Below, in pieces: positions 50,133 to 63,309 of a stretch of DNA of 64,000 nt. The notes under the pieces were generated by a model. It ran no database searches. It saw only the letters and a list, made by a program, of their open reading frames with translations, and had not been told where the DNA came from. The position numbers and the translations under genes were made by a program. How positions within the stretch are numbered: position 1 is the stretch's first letter; every line of letters starts with the position of its first letter. The stretch comes from Octopus vulgaris. Its lineage: Eukaryota. The stretch lies in assembly GCA_951406725.2 (NCBI GenBank), contig OX597826.1, positions 17,794,001 through 17,858,000 of the forward strand, written 5' to 3'.

Positions 50133-52402
50133 GTAAGTGTTGATCTCCATTTAAAAGGCAACTTTCTAATCTGTGTTTGTCTTGGAACTAGCTTCTCTAT
50201 ACTTTCTTACATTTTATTTTACCTCACCACTTTTTATTTATCTAATCAGAATCTAATTAAATTTCATTTATGAAATTAAATATTTGGTTAAAATAATCAG
50301 AGCTGAGTATGACTTGATAAATAAAACCAACGAAGACTTAAGAGACATTGTTAATAGAACAGCTTCTACTCTGAAATAAGAAACATTTTATATAGTAATT
50401 CCATTATTTTAGTAAAAACCATAAAGTGTAGAAACTTAACTGGCATTGTGTGTATAAGTATTTACTGTATTTGCTTTGCTTTAGATGCAAAGTATATGGT
50501 TACATCCATCAGAAAAACATTTACACTTATTTAGTTATAATGATGAGATTAACTATTCTGTTAGAAAAATACCTCCTTCACAGCACCTAACCCTTTTGGT
50601 CTCATCAATAGAATCTCTACTAACTCTGAGGAAGTGTCCTTTCCTCCATTTCTTAGCAATGATGATTTTGTGAACAGTGCTATCACAGAGAAAGCCTTAA
50701 TTTTTGCTACTTGCATCCAACTCTTCACAGCATATACTTAATAAATCTGTTGTAAAACTATCTCATTCCACTCTACCAAGCTCACCACTGTGTACACATA
50801 TGCACTAAAAGTGACAGTACCTCAAGTTACTTCAAATCAACATCACCAGCCCAAATAATGTCCTTTCCACTATTCTCTAACAATATACCCCAGAGCTAGT
50901 CCCCATATTTGCCAATGTCTTTAATCTTTGTCTATAAGGATATATCCATGTTTGGAAACAAGTGTCCCATTCTTATGAAGGTCAACTTCACCTTCTCTGT
51001 CAACTACTTACTGCACTCACTTTCAGAATCTCTGACATGGTGACAGTTATGTTATTACCCTCAACATCAGCAAAATTTTCAACTGTGCCTGGCACACAAA
51101 TCCCCTGTCAAAACTGCACACCTATGGACTCCAGAGTTCTGTGATGCAAATGACCTTACCATTTGCAATATTAACTTCAGGAAAACTGATCAATCTTGTT
51201 ATCACACATCACTCATGTCAGGTGATCATGCTGGCCAGATAGATTTCAAATTCACTAGCAATGGACTAGACAGATTGTTGTGTCTTTCGCTGGTGTAAAA
51301 TGTACACGGCAAGCAATTGATGACATCAAAGTAAGAGCTAGATGGAGCTTGAGGCAATCTGGAGAAGGAACATATGGCAGCTAAAAGATCCTTCAAGATC
51401 AAAACTTCCAGGTTAATTATAAGAGGAGATAGAGACTTACCACACAGATGACAACTTTGAGAGTCTATAAGATACTCTACTGTGAGACACAGACTAGATC
51501 TGTGGATGGAGCTCGATTCTAGTTAAGTAGGAGGTGACACAGGAATGAAATAGGATGGTAGGTTGAGCCAGTAAAGCTAAGTGATAAGCTTAGAAAGAAA
51601 AAGAGGGGTTAGAAATATCTGGAAGCAAGGAGTGCAGCAGAACATAAGAAACTGATCAATGTTCTGTGATGTGAGGATGAGGATCAGATGTGTGAGATGT
51701 TCTGGACATCGTCATCAAAGTGTGTGCTTGTAATGGTAGTGGTCTACTTAGCCTACATTGTCGCTGAGAAGAACGGGACAGTAATATTACTATCGCTGAA
51801 TGAGAAGGAAAACAGAAAAAGATAACTGAATAAATCCAACAGTGGGACCAGCTGTTGACAGTGACAGCTCTGTGACTGAAAAAGCTGTAAAAAGGATCTG
51901 AAAAATAAGGGAAGTAACTGGGTCATGGAGAATAATCATAGAGACGAGACTTGTACTCGTCATGTACTACAAAAAGAAGTGATTCTCAGAGGAGATGACT
52001 GGTGCACCAAGTGGCTCTTGCTTTGCTAGAGAAGACTTGATCAATTAATATCAAGTATGAAAAATGAATGATGATAAAAAGAAGAATAACATTGTCTTTA
52101 GTCAATGGATCAGAAAATTGTTATGAATAAAACTGAGTGTTAATGTGTAGTTTGAAAAATTCAGAGATCAGGAAATTGTTGGAACACAATGATGAGGAAA
52201 CATACTGGAAAATTAAAGTAAAGTCATAGATGTGTGGTAAAAAGCTTGCTTCCCAATCACATGGTTCTGGGTTCAGTTACACTGCTAGGCACCCTGGGCA
52301 AAATGTTCTGGTTAATGATAGTGCAGCTTATGATTGTATTGTTTCTGATTATGGAAGATGGAAATTTTCTGTACTGCTAACAGTGGATATAATATTTTGT
52401 AG

Positions 52403-52500
52403 GTAAGATTGGCTCTCAAGTCATTGTGCCATACAGGTGCGAGGCTTCTGAAGTGTTGCGACTCAAACTATGTGGTGACCTTGGACAGATTCTCTTCTTT
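52403..52500 (+). CDS. NDUFA9: NDUFA9 exon 3
   Basis: GKIGSQVIVPYRCEASEVLRLKLCGDLGQILFF. Confidence 0.95.
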
Positions 52501-52863
52501 GTATGTATCTTTTATGTCTTTATAAAATTCTATTGTTTCATAATTGTCAGATCTGAATATTTATATTTAAATAGTTTGAGTTAGATTTTGTTTTTTCTTT
52601 AATATTTCTTTGTGTTTTTATTCAGTTTTATTTTATTTTTACCGTAACATCTTAATTCAAAAATAAAATTCTTAACTACATTTTTTACTGAAGTGTGACA
52701 AAATTCTCTTGGAGTTTTACCACATCACTACTGTTTCAATCACATGTAACCTAGTCAAAAATATATTTTATTATTGTTGTATAAGTTTTATGATAGATAT
52801 ACAATAGTTCTAACTTCTTTCTGAATCTAGTATAACTCTTGTGATTTCTCTCATGCTTGGTAG

Positions 52864-52955
52864 CCATACAACTTGAGGGATGATGAGTCTATCCAAAAAG
52901 TCATGAAGTATTCTAATGTTGTCATCAATATGGTCGGTCGTGACTGGGAGACAAG
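52864..52955 (+). CDS. NDUFA9: NDUFA9 exon 4
   Basis: PYNLRDDESIQKVMKYSNVVINMVGRDWET(R). Confidence 0.95.
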
Positions 52956-54623
52956 GTATGTATCTAAACTAATGTTTCTAATATAATTTGTGTTCTGTAA
53001 GGGCATAAGCTTCTACACTTCAGCTGTTTTAGTGTTGTCTGTCATCTTTCTCAATATCCGTTTCTATCATTTATACTTTCAACTTCCCTGCTTTCTTTTC
53101 GTCGTCCTGTTAAAAAATAGCCATTGTCTACAGTATAATGGCTGGGTGGTTAGAACATCAGGTTTACCATCATGAGGTTGTGAGTTTGATTCCCGGACCT
53201 GGAAGTATGTTGTGTTCTTGAGCAAGACACTTTATTTCATGTTCCAGTTCAACATTACTGGTGCCAAGTTGTATCACCTTTGCCTTTTCCTTGGACAATA
53301 TCAGTGGATGACCAAAGGGGGTCTTTTTACTATACAATGCTGTGTTTTAGTCATCTTGAAACAGGGGCTAAAGATAGTAGGGTGGGGATAATATAATTAA
53401 TGTTTACTTTATACTGTTGCTAATTAGTTTTTGGACAAAAATGTAGGAATTTTGTAAATGAGATTGTTCGAAAATCATTGATACCTGTCTTGTAGGCACT
53501 TGTGATATTGTCTTTTACATGTTTCAGTTATTAGAGTGCTGCCATGCTGGGGCATGAGGTTTTCAGGGAAATAAATCAACCCCAGGACTCATTTTTTGTT
53601 AAGCCTGGTACCTATTCTATTGGCTCTTTTTGCTGAACCACTAAGTTACGGTGACATAAACACACCAACACCAATTCTCAAGTCGTACTGGGGGACAAAC
53701 ACACACACACACACTCATACACAACAAGCTTCTTTCAGTTTCCATCTACCAAATACTCTCACAAGGCTTTGGTCAGCCTGAGGCTGTAGTTGAAAACTCT
53801 TGCCCAAGGTGCCTTGCAGTGTAACTGAACCCAGAACCATGTGATTGGGAAGCAAGCTTTTTACCACACAGCCACATCTGTGACTTTACTTTAATTTTCC
53901 AGTATGTTTTCTCATCATTGTTGCCTGTATCAATTCCAGGTGGATATATTTTCTTACATTTGATAAAATAAGAAAGATGAGAGGTTTTCTTGACTGAGGA
54001 GTTATAAGAAAATGACGAGCCAAGTGCAGATCTGTAGAGTAACTGTATTGCCATTATGCTGGGTCTTATAATGGTTCAATCTTTGAACCATTTTAAAATT
54101 CAGCATATACTATGATTCTGTTACCAATGCAAAATACTGAAATGCTTACAACTGGCTGGTACCAACTATAAGTGATATTAAGTTAAGAGAAATATTTGTT
54201 GGGATGTGAGGAGACCAAAATAAAACAATTGACAACACAAAGCCAACTTTAAACAGAGATATTGTGTAATGTCATGTGTGTAGGAAGCTATGTTGTTGCT
54301 TCTAGTAATAACCATGAGGTACTTGTTAGATTACCAAGGCCTGTAGTAAACATCAGTGAAACAAAGTAGTGGTAACCTTGACCATGAAATACACTGTAAT
54401 GGTAATCAGAGTGGTGAAAAACATGTAGGCAAAAACAGAGATAATAGTAGTAACCATGCCAATGAACATCTCCGTTCATAATAGTACCCACGACCATAAT
54501 AGTGTTAATCATGATTGTTACCGCAGCAGTGAATGTTATAACAGTTGTAGCCATTGCAATCAAAAATATAAGATATAACGATGCCATTGTCTCACTGGCT
54601 GTTATTCACCTTTGTGTTTTCAG

Positions 54624-54786
54624 GAACTTTAAATTCAATGATGTCCATGTTGATGGTGCTCGCAGAATTGCTCGTCTTGCCAGGGAGTGTGGTGTAGAAA
54701 GACTCATCCATTTCTCCTCTCTTAATGCTAGCCCAGATCCTCAAAAAATTTTTATGAAGACAGGATCCGAGTTCTTAAAATCCAAG
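54624..54786 (+). CDS. NDUFA9: NDUFA9 exon 5
   Basis: NFKFNDVHVDGARRIARLARECGVERLIHFSSLNA...SEFLKSK. Confidence 0.95.
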
Positions 54787-55391
54787 GTTAGTATTTCTGA
54801 CTTGCTGTATACTGTTTATGACAATTGCTTTATCCATTTTCCATTATTTGCTTCAGTCAAGGAATTCAGCAAAATCAGATAATTCCATGAACTCTTGTGT
54901 AAGAAAAGAGTTCGATATTGACATGGTCCACCACTGACCTACTCATCACTGGTCACTTTGGACTCTGCTCTATTGTGATAGTGTTTTTGCTTACTGATGA
55001 AGGAGACAAGCATCATATTGATCTCAATGGAAGATGTCCTTGGAATCTTTGTTCAAGGAGTCGATACAGATTTGGCTTCATGATGTCTAGGTTGTATGTA
55101 GATAACACTCTAGTGAGACAGGTTAGCCAAATATGGGAGGTGCTACCATCTGTACCGAAGTGTACCTTTGTTGGAGGTAACAGCATGTGGATCATTGAGG
55201 AAGAGTGTGAGGGACAAAGCCCAACCCAGGAGCACACCAGAGTTAACATTGTGTAGGTCAGAGAGTGCTCCATGAGTACACATTGTCATAACAGGGACTG
55301 AACACGTGTCTTTATTTACTTAATCCTTCGGTTACCTCTTCAGGGTTACTGCAAGTTTTTATTTGGTCTCTTTTTACCTAATGGTTTAGAA

Positions 55392-55541
55392 CAGTGGTTC
55401 CCAACCTTTTCAATACCAAGGACCCCTTTTAATGGGCTTATCCTTTTGTGTGTGTGTTTGTGTATATATATGTATAAAATTTTGACTTTAGTTCATGGAC
55501 CACCAGTACTACTTTTGTGGACCACAGGTGGGGAACCACTG
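55392..55541. mobile_element. hAT-type MITE
   Basis: cagtggttccc ... gggaaccactg TIRs with 8-bp TSD gtttagaa. Confidence 0.9.
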
Positions 55542-55695
55542 GTTTAGAAGATGTTTATTACCCAAGTAAGATACTGAATTCTAGGTGTTTGGATGTTATC
55601 ACCTTTATCCTGCAAAACAATTATAATTTGCTTCAAATACCACTCTTGTAGCAATTCTTCACAGTCTTCATGATTGATTCTTATTTTTCATTCAG

Positions 55696-55804
55696 CATGA
55701 AGGGGAGTTAGCAGTACGTGAAGAATTTCCTGATGCAACCATCTTCCGTCCTTCGGATATATATGGCTCTGAAGATCGATTCTTACGTTATTACGCTAGT
55801 GGGT
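55696..55804 (+). CDS. NDUFA9: NDUFA9 exon 6
   Basis: [36 protein letters not shown]. Confidence 0.95.
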
Positions 55805-56023
55805 GTAAGTAAGATGTTTTATTTTGATTCAGAAATAATGTTTCTTTATACCTGATGACACTGTTTTTACACCTTCTGTATGTCTTCTCCTTTGTTCCTT
55901 AATATTATTTACTAAATCTCAAGTACTTTGCTCCCCTCCTCACACTTATTGTTACTTTGTCGTCTTCTAATTTTATGATTACTATCAATGAAGTAATGCT
56001 ATGTTTTTTGTTTGTTCATGTAG

Positions 56024-56091
56024 GGCGTCGTGGTAGGGGGCATCTCCCGTTATGGAAGAAAGGCACTGAAACAATCAAAGCACCAGTGTTT
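56024..56091 (+). CDS. NDUFA9: NDUFA9 exon 7
   Basis: (W)RRGRGHLPLWKKGTETIKAPVF. Confidence 0.93.
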
Positions 56092-57354
56092 GTAAGTTTT
56101 GCATTCACTTTGATGATGTTGGAAATATTTTACACAATATCTGTATTTAATAATATTTTGAAGAGTTTTGGAATCTTTTTTTTGTGTGTGCAACAGATCT
56201 ATACTACAATATTTGTTGTTACACAACAGTACAGAATAGGTCTACACAGTATCTCCCATAAATTTTTACTGTTATTTGCTTTGTGCAGAAAACCTAAAAC
56301 CTCTTAATTCAAAATTAAAATTCTTAAATTCATTGCCCTTGATCAATGTAAGATATAGGTATTTGATTCTGCGCAAAGACCACAAATACATTTTGCTTCT
56401 GTCATACATTCAGGTGTAATGCTGCCACTTAAATTTTAATTATATATACATACACACACACACACACATAGATTGTACTGTGATATCTTGTAGAAACCTT
56501 TTATATAGATTTACTTCTGCACGATATTAATCTTTTGAGACCTGATGTGGTTTTCCAAATATTGCATGCAATATAAATAATATAATGCTGTTACATTTCA
56601 TGTCTACATACAAAATGATCTTGTATATAAGTATATGAATTTATTACTAAATACACTTGCATACATGTCTTGTTTTACATAGCAACCAGTTTCATATCTG
56701 TTATAAACAGTCTGTCTAATAGTGATGTATCTATTGCATGGCATCTGATAGAAACCATTGTCCATACAGTACACATGTTTATTCTCATGAAATATGATTT
56801 TTTTAGTTTTTGTAAAGAATAGCTTATCTGGAGTTACGAACACATTTGATAACTGTAAATGGTAAGCGGATGAAGATGCAGAGAATTTGGATATAGGGTC
56901 CACAATAAACAAAGAAAGATTCAAGACCAAAAGATATTTCATTGAGTATAAAAAGTCTGGCTACAAAGTGTAACTGGAAGGCAAATGCATATTTTGTTTC
57001 AGAAATATACATTTACCGTCCAGTATATCTGAGCATTCTGCATGGTTGGGAAATATGATGACAGTAACAGATGAAAGATTGCTAATTCCATCCAGAACTA
57101 GAATGTCAGGAATGTCTTGAGGATAAGTTGTATCAAAAGTAGTAGATGATGCCCCTTATATCAATGGAATAAGGACACAAACCCAAAAGGTTAAGTCTTA
57201 TGGTTTTGTGTTGACAAGAAGTCTGAAGACAGCCTAGTGACATAGTTGAGGAGGAAGGACCAGTTTCTGATGGAACCAAGTAATTCAGAACAGAGCCAGA
57301 TATGAAATTCTTATGGCTCTCTTTGTGACTTGTTGTTCAGAGTGAATTAAGTCT

Positions 57355-59575
57355 AAACTAGGAGACAGGTATATCTAGCCAAAGGAGAAGCAGAAAAAAA
57401 GTTTTCCCATGTTCAGTGACTTGAGGACTAAAGATTTGAAGTGTTTCGGATTGCAAGAAACTGTGTGAGAGAAAATTGTAATGTCATAGGAGAGAAATGT
57501 GTCCACATGGATGATGGTGCACTTGCATTTAATGATTCTGCAAAGAAAGAGGCTTGGAGAAGCCATTATGAAAGACTGTTGAATGTGGAGAATGAATGGG
57601 AGAGAAGAGTCTACTAAATGGTAACCCAACTGAGGGACCAGCTATCCAAATTAACAGTAACTTGGTAGATAAAGCAATTAAGGATAAGAAGACAAGGAAA
57701 ATCCCCAGCCCATCAGGAATCACCACTGAAATGCTTAAAATATCTGGCAGTGTGTGTTATGGTCTAGTCATCTGTTTTGTAAATCAGATGGTTCACGAAG
57801 GAGTCATACCCATAGTCAACTGCTACAAAGATAAAGGTGATACCTTAGAAATAATTACAGAGGTATCAAATTGTTGGATCAGGTGATGAAAGTTATGGAG
57901 AGGGTCATAGCCCAACTAATCAAGGAGAGAGTTAGCCTAGATGAGATGCAGTTTGGTTTTGTGCCAGGGAGAAGCACCACTGATGCTATATTTCTGGTAA
58001 TTCAGCTGCATGAGAAATACATAGCCAAAGATAAACCTCTGTACTTGGCTTTTATTGACTTGGAGAAAGCCCTTGACAGAGTTACCTGATCCCTTATTTA
58101 GTAGTCAATGTAGAAACTACTAATAGACAAGTGGTTGGTGAGAGCTGTACAAGCCATTGTACAGGGATGCTACCAGTAAGGTGAGGGCTGGCAACAAGTA
58201 TAGCAAAGAATTCAGGGTACAAGTAGGGCTTCATCAAGGATTGATCCTCAGCCCCGACTTGTTCATCATAGTCCTTCAGGCAATAACAGAGAAATTTAAG
58301 ACAGGTTGCCCCTGGGAGCTCCTCTGTACTGATAACATTGTTCTTATAGCTGGATCATTACCAAAACTAAAGAAGTTCCAGGTATGGAAGCAAGGTCTAG
58401 AATCGAAGGGCCTTATTGTTAACCTAGCAAAAACCAAAGTCTTTGTAAGTAGGAAGGCAGACAAATTACAAATCCTTTCAGGCAGATGGCTCTGCTCGAT
58501 CTGTAGAAAAGGCGTAGTTAGAAACTCCATAAGATGTACCTGCTGTAAGCTTTGGACACATAAGAGGTGCAGCAATATCAGAGGAAGGTTAACAGGGAAA
58601 ATAGCTTTTGAGTTTGGCAGATACACAGGTACAATAAACACAGAAAATGTACAGAAAATAGACTCCATCAACTGCCAGGGGTTTAAGCTAGCGGTAGTAG
58701 ATTGCTTCTGTTATCTAGGTGACCAAATTAGTAGTGGAGGTGAATGCTCAGAGAGCATAGCTGTAAGAATAAGAATAGGCTGGGCAAAGTTCAGAGAGCT
58801 CCTAGCTCTGCTGGCAGCTAAAGGCCTCTCGCTCAAAGTGAAAAATTGTATGATGTCTGTGTGCTAACAGCTATGCTACACAGCAGTGAAACATAGTCTA
58901 TGACAGCTGAGGATGTGTGTAGGCTTGAAAGAAACGAAGCCAGTATGCTTTGCTGGATGTACAGTATCAGTGTGTCTGTTCAATAGAGTGTAAGCATCTT
59001 GAGAGAGAAAAGTTGGGCATAAGAGGCATCAGGTGTGGTGTGCAAGACAGATGACTGCTGCTATGGTCATGTGATGCATATGGACAAGGATAGCTGTGTA
59101 AAGATCTCTAACTGTGGGGGGAACTTGTGTCTGATGCTGGTGTCATATAACTGGCACCCGTGCTAGTGGCACACAAAGAGCACTTTTCAAGCATTGGGCC
59201 TCAAGGAGTCAAAATGGCTAATGCCGGTGGCATGTGAAAAGTTCCTTTCGAGTGTTGGGCCCTACGGAGGCAATGACAAATGACCAAGACCTTTGGCATT
59301 ATGTCCTGCTTGAGAAGACCCATCAAGCCAAGTCGAATTGCAGTCGTGGCAGATACTGATTTCATGCAAATGAAATTTGCTAGTGGCATGTGCTAGTGGC
59401 ATGTAAAAACACCCATTACTCTTTTGGAGTGGTTGGCATTAGGAAGGGCATCCAGCTGTAGAAGCCATGCCAAATCAGACACTTGGGTCTGCTACAGCTT
59501 TCCAGCTTGCTAGCACTGGTCAAACCGTCCAACTCATGCTAAGATGTGCAATGGACATTAAATGATGATGATGAT
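57355..59575 (+). mobile_element. RTE-clade LINE copy in NDUFA9 intron 7
   Basis: Same family as 38075-40615; QFGFVPGRSTTDAIF, PHD-like insert, (GAT)n tail. Confidence 0.92.
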
Positions 59576-60239
59576 TCATTGCCTAAATATACATTTGATT
59601 CATATTTGTTGGTTTGTTAAAGCAGAAACTGATGGATAAAGAGTATATTCCAAGATGATGAAGCAAAATTTTTTAAATGACTGTAGAATGAATGAATTTT
59701 AAAGATAGGAATAAGAATAATTTATTACGTTGGGCTGGATAGTTCTAAAATTTCAGACATTTCATTTACCTTTTACTTTTTTTAGTCATTTGATTGTGGC
59801 CATGCTGGGGTCACTGCCTTGAAGGGTTTTAGTTGAATGATCAACCCCAGAACTTCCTTTTTTTTTAAGCCTAGTACTTATTCTATTGGCCTCTTTTGCT
59901 GAACTGCTAAGTTATGGGGACATAAACACAAACACATACACACACACACACACACACACAAATACATATATATGAGCTTCTTTCAGTTTCCATCTACCAT
60001 ATCCACTCACAAGGCTTTGGTCAGCCTGAGGCTTTAGTAGAAGACACTTGCCCAAGGTGCCAAGTAGTGGAATTGAACCTGAACCATGTGTTTGAGAAGC
60101 AAGCTTCTTACCACAGCCACACCTGCACCTTTGCATAAATTCTTGATTCAGATCTTTGTATATAACTAAATGTGCCTTTCCTATTTGTATAAATATTGTC
60201 CTAATTATTTTCCTACATGTTTTGTCTCTCTCTTTACAG

Positions 60240-60316
60240 GTATCTGATGTAGCTGAAGGTATCATGAATGCCATAAAAGATCCAGCTTCAATTGGACAGA
60301 CCTATGAAGCCATTGG
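60240..60316 (+). CDS. NDUFA9: NDUFA9 exon 8
   Basis: VSDVAEGIMNAIKDPASIGQTYEAIG. Confidence 0.94.
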
Positions 60317-61254
60317 GTGTGTTGCTCACACTTTACATTATTATTCAAATTATTTGCCTCCTTTCTCTGCTCAGATTCTTTGTATTATATTTTGTAAATT
60401 TACCTGTAACCAGTTAGACAAATATTTTACCTTTCTGCTAAGCACTTGACTGAAGTGCAGACTAAAGCAAGCCAACAATGTCTTAACTAGGAACACACCT
60501 CAATGGTTATGGCTGAATTTTTGATCCCTTGTCCAGTATTTTAACTATCTCCCCACTTCATCATGTTTGAAATTTCTGTCTTTGACAGAAGAAAGAAATA
60601 TTCATAATTTTTTATCACAATTCCAGTATATGAACTCCGTAACATTTTCTGCACTATTGTATCACATTCTCCTCATCTTGTACATCATATCTTCTCCACT
60701 GCTATACTTCTTCCCACCACTCCTACTCCTACTACATCACATCTTCCTACCACCAATTCTGTCCTGCATCACTGAGGTGTTGTGTTCTGTTTATGTAGTT
60801 TATACTTCTAGATAAGCAAATTCTATAATATATTATAAGGACATGCAAAAGGCACCTGTACCAGTGACACAAAAAAGGGCTCCCATGCCAGTGTCATGTA
60901 AAAGACACCCAGTGCACTTTGTAAGGTGGCTGGCATTAGAAAAGGCATCCAGCCATAGAAACCAAGGGAAAACAGATGACTGGAGCCTGGTGCAGCTCTC
61001 CAGCTTACCAGCCTTGGTTAAGCTGGCTAACCCATGCCTGTATGGAAAACAGGCATTAAATGATAATGATGTTGATAAAATCTTTTTCGCAATAACCTTC
61101 AAGTCCTAAACAGATTATAAATTGAATTTCATCTTTCTTCAGGAATCATAAACCATTGCTAGATTTTGTTAAAAGATATCTTTTGGCATTCTCACTCATC
61201 AGATACTGTATCTATTTATTAATAAATTCTATTTTCACATTTTTTTCTTTTCAG

Positions 61255-61350
61255 TCCCAATCGTTATTATCTTTCTGATTTAATGGATTATTTTTATAAT
61301 ATCCTACGATGGAGAGGATACAAGAGAATTCCAATAAGTCCAGTCTTCTT
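61255..61350 (+). CDS. NDUFA9: NDUFA9 exon 9 (gene continues beyond window)
   Basis: PNRYYLSDLMDYFYNILRWRGYKRIPISPVF; cag/gtaagt. Confidence 0.9.
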
Positions 61351-62345
61351 GTAAGTTGTATTCCTCTTTCTCTGTCTAATATGAGTGCACAGTTTTTACA
61401 GCCTTAATGTTCTGCCGTCCAATATAAGCCATTCCACACCCGCAAATTCTTGAGACCACAGATAGTTGCAAGCTGTCACATTGTTGCTAAGCCTACAGTG
61501 GATTGCAAGTGTAAGTTAGGGCACCCTCAGTAAGTGGGAAAAAGAGTTGATGATAATGTAGATGACAATAACAGCCAAGATGCTGGTGAAAATGATGATG
61601 TCACATTTTATTTTAGAAAAGTTGACCAAACTGGAATGTTAGCATTTTTGTTTCTGGTTTAAAAGCCAACTTTGTTTAATTAGAAAGTTCATCTGTTGTC
61701 TGTCAACTATCTGAGAGTCTTTGAATATCGTAGCTACTGTTTTTTTATATGAATAAGGGATTTGAATTGCCCACCTCTTTAACTGAGCAGCTTTGGGTTA
61801 TATGTAAGTCAATTACGAGCCCCTGGCGACTGAGGCTTATTCACTGTAACTTTCCTACAGGTGTAGCTAAGTTCGCTTCTTAACCATGTGATGGTACCTT
61901 GGGCAAATGTCTTCTACTATAGCCCAAAGATGACCATAGCCTTGTGAATGGATTCAGTAGATGAAAACTGAAGGAGCTCATGTGTGTGAATTTGTGTAAG
62001 TGAGCTTGTATTTCCCTCATGTTCACTGGTATGTAAATAATGTCATTGTCTTGCAGACTACTGCAAAAGGATGTAAACAAAAGGCTCCTTAAACAATATT
62101 ACTTCCAGTTTCCTCCATAAATATGCTTGGGATTTTGTTAGACTGTGAGATTATTACCTCTCTTGGAAATCGGTGGGCTTTTAGCAACAGGATGAGTATC
62201 TGGGCACAGAAAACCACTGCCTCAATGTTCTCTTGATCCATGCAAGCATGGAAAAGTGTACATTAAAGCAATGATGATGATGCTGAAAATTTTCTAAATC
62301 AAAGGCTTAGTCTTGTCTGTAATGATTGAGCAGAAAATACCTTAA

Positions 62346-62567
62346 CCCTTTAGTGTTCACATTATTCTGCCAAAATTAATGCTTTTTTATCCACATTGTT
62401 TTGAACTAATCATGCATTATCTTGTAGCTAGGTGATTTTGATGAGGTCGCTGTTAATTTTTAAGATGATATTGTAGGGTTGGTGTGAGAGACCAGATATG
62501 GCTAGTTTGAACATAAAACAGGTAGAATATTTTGGGCCGGATATGGCTGGTTTAAATGCTAAAGGGG
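62346..62567. mobile_element. piggyBac-like MITE
   Basis: TTAA-flanked, homologous to 27924-28144. Confidence 0.85.
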
Positions 62568-63309
62568 TTAAAATGTATTTGTTTATTCAGTTGCTTATAG
62601 TGCTTTATTTGTGGTCAGATTCTTGTGAAAATTAGTGATAGTGTGGGAGAAAAACTTTTGATGTAAGCTATCATTTGTGTTAAAAATAAGATGCATGTGT
62701 GATTGTTCATTAATCTCATAATAATTAAAAATATTCACTAAAAATGATGATGGTGATTAATGCATTTAGTAATAGACATGGAAATACAAACAGCACAAAC
62801 AAAATTTGTTTTTTCCTGAGGTTTAGTAGATTATTCATTATTGCACCTAAAGGTAAGCTGTAACTCTTATTGAAAGCAACATACCCAGGTATGCATGGAT
62901 TTTATCATTTGTAGGAACAAAGTTGTTGGCTTCTGTTTATTCCACATATATAAATCACTTTTGTTGGGTGATAGTACTGTTGAAAACTCAATGGAAAGTC
63001 TAGAAAAAATATTCTACAAACTGTTTTATTTCTAGATCATCAGCACCTGTAAGGTGTTCAGGTAATATTTCATTGAAGTGCACTTGATATAAAAAAACAA
63101 AAAAATCAAACAAGTGAAGCATGACCATGCATGGGAAAAAAAAAAAATATATTGCTCTTGTCTGTCATTAATTCATTGATTAAACCATTGTCTAAGTTGT
63201 CTCTTGAAAATGATTAGAAGCTATTTTTTGAAAGCAAGTTTTGATTTAAAAAAAAGAAAAATGAAAAAGAACCCTTCCCCCCAATATGGTAAAATTTCAG
63301 TAATACTGA

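Noticed and set aside
52400-52408. AG|GTAAG at the NDUFA9 exon 3 acceptor, resembling a recursive splice site
   Set aside because: Explained by the conserved Gly-Lys codons; the intron is short.
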